IMG/VR virus record: IMGVR_UViG_3300003324_000427
Span: 1-63,066 of that record
Direction: 5' to 3' (one strand)
DNA length: 63,066 nucleotides
DNA from: a virus
Taxonomy: Duplodnaviria > Caudoviricetes
Part shown: piece by piece, positions 47,349 to 54,564 of the stretch
How positions within the stretch are numbered: position 1 is the first letter of the stretch
Layout of the letters: the number at the start of each line of letters is the position of its first letter
Notes under the pieces: generated by a model
The model's database searches: none
What the model saw: only the letters and a program-made list of their open reading frames with translations
What the model was told of the DNA's origin: nothing
Position numbers and translations under genes: made by a program

Positions 47349-48434
47349 TTATGAGCCTCTTCTTTCCTTGTTAAGATAGATAAGTAGTTTACTCTTATCG
47401 TTATATGATGGCTCAGTTATAACTTTATTGAGAGCCAAATCAAGGAGTTTCTGCGCCTCGTTTTCCTCAATGCGGAAGGAAACTTTGATTAATTCAACGT
47501 TCAAATCTAACTCGTCATATGATACAGCGGCAGCTTTTTGGTCTTTCACGTACTTAGATAAAGTCTTGTATCCCAATGCTTTAAGTAGTCTGGTTAGGCT
47601 TTGAAGCTTGTCTTTACCGCATATGTTGAGAATCTTCCTAGCGGTAACTTCGTCTTCTTTTTCTATCTGCTTGATACAGGAAAATATTTTTATGACATTT
47701 ACTGTATCTTTCTCAGCAAAGCCAACTTTATTAACAAGGAAAAACTTCAAGTTGTTTATATCAACATTTTTGAAAATAACAGCGAAGTATTCTTCAATGT
47801 CTTTTTTATTAAGATGGTTCAAAATAGCAGTCTCTGATAGATTCTCACCAAACAATACTGACGAAACGCCAAGAGTGTTTATTATGGCTATTATCTTTCT
47901 TGTTTTCTTACTCTTAACGAAAACGTCTATTAGGAAGCGGTAGATTTCTCTTTTGTTGGAAATACTCAAAAGGTTTTCTCTTTGGAAGAACAATGTCTTC
48001 ATGAGAGAAACGCTTAATGAGAATCCGGTTTCGGCTAATAGAGTAATGGTTTCCAGTATGAGTCTAGGGTTATTAGAAATGGTACTTTCTAATTCCGGAA
48101 CAATATTGATAACACCCATAGTCAAATCTGTGAACCCATTACCAGTTGGAGTTGGTACAGCTATAAGGGAATCATTCACCTTCACGTGAATATCATCTAT
48201 AGTAAAGCGAACATCATCTTTTGGTATTTCTGAGCCATAGAAGTATGTGAAATTTATAACATGCTTCGATAGTATGTTTTCGGTTTCTTGACTTACTGGC
48301 CCCTTTACAAATACAGAAATCTTATCCGGCGAATTCTTGAGAATCAAATTCCTCAATGATTTACCAAACAAGAACAATTCGTTAGGGACATCCTTGGACA
48401 GTTGCTTTAATTCATTTAGTATAATTTCGTCCAT
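47349..48434 (-). CDS. tRNA nucleotidyltransferase (CCA)/poly(A) polymerase-like protein, degenerate active site
   Basis: LFGKSLRNLIL (cf. VGGAVRDLLL); RFTIDD (RRDFTIN); GFTDL..G.I; NPRLIL (DPLRIL); ISNKRE (IS.ER); no DxD. Confidence 0.65.
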   Translation of the reverse strand: MDEIILNELKQLSKDVPNELFLFGKSLRNLILKNSPDKISVFVKGPVSQETENILSKHVINFTYFYGSEIPKDDVRFTIDDIHVKVNDSLIAVPTPTGNGFTDLTMGVINIVPELESTISNNPRLILETITLLAETGFSLSVSLMKTLFFQRENLLSISNKREIYRFLIDVFVKSKKTRKIIAIINTLGVSSVLFGENLSETAILNHLNKKDIEEYFAVIFKNVDINNLKFFLVNKVGFAEKDTVNVIKIFSCIKQIEKEDEVTARKILNICGKDKLQSLTRLLKALGYKTLSKYVKDQKAAAVSYDELDLNVELIKVSFRIEENEAQKLLDLALNKVITEPSYNDKSKLLIYLNKERRGS

Positions 48435-48454
48435 GGTATATTCCCTTGAGACTT

Positions 48455-48679
48455 TTACTTATCTTTTACTTCAGATGAAACGTGATCGCCGCTCAAGTCA
48501 CCGAATCCTGGTGGAATTGGGCTCTTGTTTTCTAGTTCATGAACTTTATTTTCAAGTTGCTTGATGTATAGAAATGCGGATAAGCACGCTTGACTTAACG
48601 AGCCCATTTGTCCTATTTGGGCAAGACGTATGAGTTCATCTGTAGTGTAGACTTTACCGGCTGGAGTTAGTTTTGGCAT
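48455..48679 (-). CDS. hypothetical protein
   Basis: probable start MPKLTP at 48679 with GAGGT SD. Confidence 0.65.
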   Translation of the reverse strand: MPKLTPAGKVYTTDELIRLAQIGQMGSLSQACLSAFLYIKQLENKVHELENKSPIPPGFGDLSGDHVSSEVKDK

Positions 48680-48689
48680 AATTTGTACC

Positions 48690-49115
48690 TCAATAATATG
48701 TTCGTTCGTAGATATCATTATACCCGGTTAAGTTAGAACTCCAAGCGGGTCCTACACATATGGCAACTGGTTCGTCAATGATATAAGAGACGGTTTTCTT
48801 TCGTATATGGTTGTTGTTTAACAATTCAATCATCTTTTTTGTACTTGATACTTTATAGATTACCGGTTCTGATTTTCTATTTACCCACGCTTGACATTCC
48901 TGTGAAGATGTCCAAGAGAAAAACCAACTTGAAACGCAGTCTATAATTGCCACTTGTTGGAAATCTGCAGGATAGTCTTCATTTACAAACACCACAATAT
49001 GAGAAACGTCTATTTTTGGCAGTCCAGTTCTTGGATCAATGTTGTTTGGAGTGTTTTTCTGTTTCCACTGCTTCAACTTTCTTAGTATCAAGAGCCGCTT
49101 GAGAAACTTCATCAT
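48690..49115 (-). CDS. peptidyl-tRNA hydrolase 2 (Pth2)-like protein, degenerate
   Basis: IVVFVNED; W......VIYKV.S...M.EL; IID..VAICVGPA follow Pth2 motif order; catalytic K and DAG-T absent. Confidence 0.5.
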   Translation of the reverse strand: MMKFLKRLLILRKLKQWKQKNTPNNIDPRTGLPKIDVSHIVVFVNEDYPADFQQVAIIDCVSSWFFSWTSSQECQAWVNRKSEPVIYKVSSTKKMIELLNNNHIRKKTVSYIIDEPVAICVGPAWSSNLTGYNDIYERTYY

Positions 49116-49308
49116 TTATGTAACCTTTGTAAAACATGAACCCAATAATCAAGACAATCGCAGCGAAGCATGTGTGAATGGCGCGTTTGATGTTCTTTAC
49201 GTCATCTCTTTGAAGTCTGGTCTCATAGAACTTCACGCCTGCAGCGGCAGTGAAATAGAGAAACAGTATACACAAAGATAATAGAATTAAAGACGTATAA
49301 AACATCAT
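49036..49308 (-). CDS. small membrane protein (2 TM)
   Basis: two hydrophobic stretches; GGAG SD; promoter TTGAAA-N17-TATGAT (49353-49325). Confidence 0.65.
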   Translation of the reverse strand: MMFYTSLILLSLCILFLYFTAAAGVKFYETRLQRDDVKNIKRAIHTCFAAIVLIIGFMFYKGYINDEVSQAALDTKKVEAVETEKHSKQH

Positions 49309-49353
49309 TCAGTCTCCGCTCAATATCATACGAGACTGTTAGCCAAATTTCAA

Positions 49354-49704
49354 TTATTTCTTTTCTTCTTTTTTGGCTTTCTCTAAGTCTTTCTTATCGT
49401 CATTACCTTTGAAATTACCGAACTTGAAATTGAATTCATCAGCCAATTGTTTAATCTTAGGTAATTCTTTAACGAGTGTAAGAATTCTTTTTTCTACAGG
49501 AAGAGATACCAATGAAACTGGAACGTTGCTGTGCTTCTGCTTAATATTTCCTGAGATGTGCTTATTCAGTATGAGCCAGGAAATAAAAGATTCTAAAGAA
49601 GGAATTTCAACCTTGACGACATCAAAGAATTTGTCTTCTGGTGATGAAGTCTTTTCATCAATCTTAGTCTTAGGATCGCTATACCAATCTCTGAAAGAAG
49701 CCAT
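49354..49704 (-). CDS. late-expressed hypothetical protein (possible internal head protein)
   Basis: TATAAATA at 49730-49723 upstream; MASFRDW N-terminus. Confidence 0.65.
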   Translation of the reverse strand: MASFRDWYSDPKTKIDEKTSSPEDKFFDVVKVEIPSLESFISWLILNKHISGNIKQKHSNVPVSLVSLPVEKRILTLVKELPKIKQLADEFNFKFGNFKGNDDKKDLEKAKKEEKK

Positions 49705-49722
49705 GTTGTTCCCCTTTCAATC

Positions 49723-49730
49723 TATTTATA
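49723..49730 (-). promoter_or_regulatory. T4-type late promoter
   Basis: exact TATAAATA on minus strand in intergenic gap. Confidence 0.6.
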
Positions 49731-49733
49731 TTA

Positions 49734-50081
49734 CTAAGCTGAGATTTTTTGTATTAACTTTTGGTAGTTATCCCCGTTATCGTTAGCATCTACTAAAAAA
49801 TTGGCAAGATGTATGAAAGACTGCGGTAATACTTGATGAAAACGTTGCTCATCAACTTTTCTGGCTTTCATGGCGATCCACCCAGCTACCGCCAATTTTA
49901 ACATCTCTTGAGAAGTAAGCGGTTCCCGATTGAGGACTTTGAACATATTCATAGATTGGAATATGCTTAGTGCCTGGGCAGCCGGCTCTATGTGTTCTGT
50001 TTCTGACTTTGGGGGAAGAGTCGGACATAGAACCATCAACCAACCAAGGTCTTCTTTTATTTTGTCTTCAAATTTACTCAT
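49734..50081 (-). CDS. hypothetical protein
   Basis: probable start at 50081 (ATGA overlap with upstream stop). Confidence 0.65.
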   Translation of the reverse strand: MSKFEDKIKEDLGWLMVLCPTLPPKSETEHIEPAAQALSIFQSMNMFKVLNREPLTSQEMLKLAVAGWIAMKARKVDEQRFHQVLPQSFIHLANFLVDANDNGDNYQKLIQKISA

Positions 50082-50539
50082 AAAACACACCAGCCTAATA
50101 ATAAAAATGGTATAAGTATTATACTCGCAGTTATGACGTTAGCTATGGGCGCAATAACGATGTCGTAATACGTTTCCGCTGATTCCCACGGAATGATGAA
50201 TATTTTCAATAGCTTATAAGCTTTTGGGAATTTTTCTTGAAATTTAGACAGCGTTATCTTAATGAAACTTACGCCTTTTGTGTTGTCGTCACCTTCGGCG
50301 GTAATAACAGCGGTGTACCCCAATGACGCAAACATGTTTTTAATGTCATATCTGTCTAGATTATTGACTTTCGCTTGATAATGAACTTCCGCAACTCCAT
50401 TTTTAGAAGTAATAATTTGAAGTACAGAACCATTTTTACATAAATTGATAGTTATGTCTTTAGCTGTACTCAATTCTTTTTCGTATTTTTCTACAGCTTG
50501 TTCAAGAGTTTTGATGTATATGTCTTTCTCTTCTGTCAT
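50078..50539 (-). CDS. hypothetical protein with C-terminal TM segment
   Basis: N-terminal coiled coil; hydrophobic C-terminus; ATGA overlaps. Confidence 0.7.
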   Translation of the reverse strand: MTEEKDIYIKTLEQAVEKYEKELSTAKDITINLCKNGSVLQIITSKNGVAEVHYQAKVNNLDRYDIKNMFASLGYTAVITAEGDDNTKGVSFIKITLSKFQEKFPKAYKLLKIFIIPWESAETYYDIVIAPIANVITASIILIPFLLLGWCVL

Positions 50540-50781
50540 TTTGTATCTTTCTTAGGTACCGGAGCTTTGAAAGTTACGAGATATCTCTTCCCATTGAAGA
50601 ATAAGATATCGCCTTCTTTAACGGCATAAGACGGGTTACGTATAAGAACATCGTTTACCTTTATTAGTTTACGTTTGACGAAATCTTGAATTGATTTGAA
50701 TTCAAGAGTAAATTGACTACGCATCCATTCAATCAATGGCATGCTTTTTACCGAATTATCCACACTAGCGTTATTTTCCAT
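50536..50781 (-). CDS. stand-alone S4 RNA-binding domain protein
   Basis: L..W......KSIQDFV....IKVND....NPSY.VK.GD.I S4 consensus; GAGGT SD. Confidence 0.8.
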   Translation of the reverse strand: MENNASVDNSVKSMPLIEWMRSQFTLEFKSIQDFVKRKLIKVNDVLIRNPSYAVKEGDILFFNGKRYLVTFKAPVPKKDTK

Positions 50782-50789
50782 GTATTACC

Positions 50790-51662
50790 TCAAAGAAGGA
50801 CTGAGCCTTTGAATTGCCAGTCTGTATATAATTCTCCATTTGGGAAGAAGATAAGTTGCCTGGCGGTTTCTTCTTCTGGATTTCTTGTCAAGCAATTGCT
50901 CAAGCAAAGGTTTTGTCCGTTCAAATCGTAAACTTGGGCCCCGTGGACAAGATTTTGGATAAGGGTGCCGTGTCTGCGGACATAGTTAATGATATCATCT
51001 TTTTGGTGTACCTTTAGGAAGTGTTTCTTCGTCCATTCTGATACTTCCGAATCTTCTGACTTATCTGGTGCGTTTACTGGACGCCACGAAATTTGACGGA
51101 CATTGTTATCCTTGGCGAACTTCATAAGGTTTAGTATCTTTTCTGAGCTATCAATATAACCGTCAAGGCCAACGCACGTCAAGCGTACATTTATACCGCT
51201 ATTTTGAATCTTCTTTATGACTGCTGGTAAGTCAAAATACTTCTCTGCTTTCGGCATATAAGTTTGACGATTAATCTCTGGTTCATAGTGAACTACGGAA
51301 ATTAGAATAGTAGTCATTCCAAGTAGATACCACTGTGATAGCATAGTGTCAGTTACTAAATCTTTTGCTATCATAGTTCCGTTAGTCTGCAGCTCAATGA
51401 ACGGAAAATCAAATTTATTCAGATGTGCGAGGTAATCTGATATTTGTTGTGGGTGAAGAGTTGGTTCGCCTTTACCGGTGATAATAACAGTGTTTGTACC
51501 TGACCGATATGCGAGATTAGCAGCTTTCATAAAATTGCGGACGTTTATGGGGGTAATCTTACGTTCTACGCCATCAAATCCGGTTTGTCTACTAACGCAG
51601 AATGGGCACGATGCGTTACAAATTTCAGAACCACTCACAATGCTAAAAGTCTGGTATTTCAT
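50790..51662 (-). CDS. radical SAM protein
   Basis: CNASCPFC CxxxCxxC; ITGKGEPTL; QTNG. Confidence 0.9.
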   Translation of the reverse strand: MKYQTFSIVSGSEICNASCPFCVSRQTGFDGVERKITPINVRNFMKAANLAYRSGTNTVIITGKGEPTLHPQQISDYLAHLNKFDFPFIELQTNGTMIAKDLVTDTMLSQWYLLGMTTILISVVHYEPEINRQTYMPKAEKYFDLPAVIKKIQNSGINVRLTCVGLDGYIDSSEKILNLMKFAKDNNVRQISWRPVNAPDKSEDSEVSEWTKKHFLKVHQKDDIINYVRRHGTLIQNLVHGAQVYDLNGQNLCLSNCLTRNPEEETARQLIFFPNGELYTDWQFKGSVLL

Positions 51663-51672
51663 AGTGTCTTTC

Positions 51673-51981
51673 TTAGATTAGTTTGTCCCAAATTGCGTCA
51701 GCGTGTCTTAATGCCGAACTTATCATGTTCTTACCATATCCATCAAGTGAGTGACAGTTCCAGCCGATCCGATGTGGCATCTTCTTATCAATGGTTCTCT
51801 TTTCCATCCAACAAGCGATCATATAACCGTCGCCGTTATCTTTCATGTTACCAAGATTGTAATTGAGAGAAATGTAGTCGTATTTGCCGGTGGACAACTC
51901 GTCTATAGCGTCCCAAGCAGTTTTAACCCACTTGTCAAAACCACGTGGCGCTGGTCTATCAGCATCAACCCAAAGTCTCAT
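51673..51981 (-). CDS. cyclic-phosphate-processing receiver (cREC)-like domain protein
   Basis: M.LWVD..RPAP.G...WV...ISL...LG...GY....W...HS...G...M; promoter TTGATT-N15-TAGAAT (52029-52003). Confidence 0.75.
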   Translation of the reverse strand: MRLWVDADRPAPRGFDKWVKTAWDAIDELSTGKYDYISLNYNLGNMKDNGDGYMIACWMEKRTIDKKMPHRIGWNCHSLDGYGKNMISSALRHADAIWDKLI

Positions 51982-52025
51982 TTACACCCTTTCGTTGTTC
52001 AGATTCTATCAACTATTACGAAAAA

Positions 52026-52466
52026 TCAATCTTTTTTCTTTCTTTTTGATTTCTTTGGCTCTTTGTGTTCTTTTACTCGCCAAATGAACTCATTGAATTT
52101 TGAATCCCAGCACATCTCTAATATATTCTGATCAACCAATCGTCCTAAGAACTTAGAAATTATATGGTTAGCAAGAGTCTTGACTATATCTTCGATGTTG
52201 TATTTGAGTATGTACGGTTCCTTACTGTCGGCACCGTAGAACACAAAGCGTCTCAACTCAAACATTATAACATCATGTGGTAAGTCTTCGTCACCAATAT
52301 CATCGGTGTCCAACTCAATCTTTTTTATGTCCTTCTTGTCTTTGAAGTGCTTAGCTACTTTCAAGCTGAATTCTTGCCACGACTTCTTTTTCAGATAGTC
52401 AACAAAGCCTTCCATATTTGTAATCTTACAGATATATAAATCGCTTTGATCGTCCGATTCAGACAT
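52026..52466 (-). CDS. hypothetical protein (146 aa)
   Basis: GGGGT SD; LV....LE..WD....EF.W C-terminal motif. Confidence 0.75.
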   Translation of the reverse strand: MSESDDQSDLYICKITNMEGFVDYLKKKSWQEFSLKVAKHFKDKKDIKKIELDTDDIGDEDLPHDVIMFELRRFVFYGADSKEPYILKYNIEDIVKTLANHIISKFLGRLVDQNILEMCWDSKFNEFIWRVKEHKEPKKSKRKKKD

Positions 52467-52469
52467 TCA

Positions 52470-52559
52470 TACCCCGTAAGACGACAATGTAACATTGTTC
52501 ATCAAACGTATTTATCAACAATTGTCAACAAATAGCCTGTTATGGCGTATTACGGGGTA
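52470..52559 (-). promoter_or_regulatory. long-range hairpin enclosing promoter elements and occluding SD
   Basis: TACCCCGTAA(52470-52479)/TTACGGGGTA(52550-52559) plus 3 further bp; loop contains TTGACA and GATAAATA on the minus strand. Confidence 0.6.
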
Positions 52560-52562
52560 CTT

Positions 52563-53402
52563 TTATCTCATTCTAGTCCGGTGCATTCCGTGAAAGTTAC
52601 CAAGTTCTGCTTTATGATACTCAATAGTTTTCTTATCGGTATCATAAATAAAGGCTTCCTTCCAGTCTCTACCATCCGAACTATCAGTGCTCCCAACACA
52701 GTAAAAGTAAGTGCTTTGAACTTTCTTCATACATGTTTGATGAAAATGGCCATATGCCCAATTCTCTGGTTTGGTGGTTAGTCCAGTCCAGAGTCTTGTC
52801 AATGCGCCTTCACCGCAATCGTGATTTGGTCCAGTAGAATGCCCTTTTCTGTGACAGAATTTATCAATGCTCTCAAAGAAAAACGCATTACCTACCATAC
52901 CAACACCAATAGAATGTGGGCAGCTATGAGTTATCATCAAATCAATCTTTGGAACAGAATTGAATTTGACAATAGCTTCAGCTACTTCAACGCGAAGTGG
53001 GTAGTTAGTGGTTCTCCGGTCAATTGAACCTTCTTGTGCTCGGTCAACGTTTAGAGCGCCACCGAAAAACCCGACAGTTGCCCCGTCAAACACTTCAATG
53101 GTGCCGCGTGGTTTATAAGTGAAGTTGTACTTCTCTTGCCACTCCGCACCGTGAGTAACGTTTGCTTCCTTCAACCATTCGTGATCCTCATGATTTCCGT
53201 CAATAACAAACGTTTTGATTGGTAGCTTATCGGTTCCCTTCAAGTTCTTAAACACGCTTCCGTAAAATCCAAAATCACCCACTTGGATACAGTGAGTGAT
53301 ATCTGGAAATTTCTTGAGTGCCTGAGTTTGAACATAGACAAGGTGTACCAGTCCAGTTCCTGGACCAGCATGTAAGTCACCTAAAATGAGAATTTTAGCC
53401 AT
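52563..53402 (-). CDS. calcineurin-like metallophosphoesterase
   Basis: GDLH, GDFG, GNHE, TH..P, GHFH motifs. Confidence 0.92.
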   Translation of the reverse strand: MAKILILGDLHAGPGTGLVHLVYVQTQALKKFPDITHCIQVGDFGFYGSVFKNLKGTDKLPIKTFVIDGNHEDHEWLKEANVTHGAEWQEKYNFTYKPRGTIEVFDGATVGFFGGALNVDRAQEGSIDRRTTNYPLRVEVAEAIVKFNSVPKIDLMITHSCPHSIGVGMVGNAFFFESIDKFCHRKGHSTGPNHDCGEGALTRLWTGLTTKPENWAYGHFHQTCMKKVQSTYFYCVGSTDSSDGRDWKEAFIYDTDKKTIEYHKAELGNFHGMHRTRMR

Positions 53403-53438
53403 ATCTTATTTCCTGCGGCGAAGTCTACAAGACTTAAC

Positions 53439-53765
53439 CTATAATTCAATAGAAATATCTTCGTCAGCACCAACAGTTATGATGGCGTCAATCCTATGTG
53501 GTAACTGGACTTCTGCGTTTCTATACTCGGCGTATTCAAGACTGACCGGGCATGCGTCAATGGATACCGATATTTCGGTATCACAGTTTTGGATTGCGTC
53601 AAGAATAGACACCTTCAACAACGCTAAATTGTCGTTTTTGGTGTTTAGCTTGTGTACGTTAACAACCATTACGTCGCCGCTCATTGCGTCCACAAGAGCT
53701 ACTACTAGCTCCTTAGCTTGTTTCTTAACTGGTTTCTTTTTGATAACTTTTTTATTTTTTGCCAT
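53439..53765 (-). CDS. hypothetical protein (108 aa)
   Basis: AAGGA SD; basic N-terminus. Confidence 0.7.
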   Translation of the reverse strand: MAKNKKVIKKKPVKKQAKELVVALVDAMSGDVMVVNVHKLNTKNDNLALLKVSILDAIQNCDTEISVSIDACPVSLEYAEYRNAEVQLPHRIDAIITVGADEDISIEL

Positions 53766-54507
53766 AGAAGTATTCCTTGTGAAATTGTATGCTGAACTCG
53801 TTAACCTTGTTTTCGTCCGGCTTCAACGGAAGTTTGGAGTTACTTACTGCAGTCTTCATCTTATCCGCTAGTCCTTGGACTAACGCTATGACTTCCTCTC
53901 TGCTGTGGAAACCACCAACCTTCAACTTGCGTGCTATGTCTAATTCCTCACCACTAAGAGTAGGGTTTATTCTACCTTCAGTGAACAATTGCGCACCTTG
54001 AACACCTATTCTGTAGGCGTGTGATGCCATCTTAGTATCAAAGCCGAACTTCTCTACTAACTCACGTCTCTTTTCTCGGTGAACACCGGAACGGTTGACG
54101 AAGCACTTTATTTGATCGTGATAATATCCGTAGTAACCATTGAACAAGTGTTGGGTTATCATGTGCTCTCTAACGAAAGCCATGAGATTTCTACCAGCTT
54201 CGGTGTTTACTACCATATACTCTTCGTCTACGAATGGTATTTCCGCTAAAGTAGGATTACCGTTCATGAAAAGTTGTAGGAAGTAGACAACGGAATACAA
54301 AGTGGTTTCAACTTTGTCCTTGCCTTCTCCTACAACACTCTCAATACGTTTCTGAGGCTTGTATTCCTTTAGACCGAAGTAATCCGCTTCAGTTGGAACA
54401 ACCTTGTCAACTGATTCTATGAAAACACCCTTAAAATCGGTGTCTGAATTTTCGTTAGCTAAGCCGTAAAGCCTTGAACCAACATAAGTTTTGAATAAAA
54501 CATCCAT
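53752..54507 (-). CDS. Pol-beta superfamily nucleotidyltransferase (YcgL/RlaP/T4 NrdC.11-like)
   Basis: VGSRLYGL....SDTDFKGVF; GNP...E; D.K.ASHA.R. Confidence 0.88.
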   Translation of the reverse strand: MDVLFKTYVGSRLYGLANENSDTDFKGVFIESVDKVVPTEADYFGLKEYKPQKRIESVVGEGKDKVETTLYSVVYFLQLFMNGNPTLAEIPFVDEEYMVVNTEAGRNLMAFVREHMITQHLFNGYYGYYHDQIKCFVNRSGVHREKRRELVEKFGFDTKMASHAYRIGVQGAQLFTEGRINPTLSGEELDIARKLKVGGFHSREEVIALVQGLADKMKTAVSNSKLPLKPDENKVNEFSIQFHKEYFYGKK

Positions 54508-54560
54508 ACTTTACTCCAATTTGAGAATTCCAATTATAATATGTAAAGTATGGATGTCAA
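54500..54560 (-). promoter_or_regulatory. consensus promoter inside a 15-bp inverted repeat covering the start codon
   Basis: TTGACA(54560-54555)-N16-TATAAT(54538-54533); arms 54500-54514 and 54543-54557. Confidence 0.75.
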
Positions 54561-54564
54561 ACTA

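Noticed and set aside
50790-51662. Viperin-like antiviral enzyme
   Set aside because: Lacks the N.H....CN..C.FCF viperin signature; only generic radical SAM motifs are present
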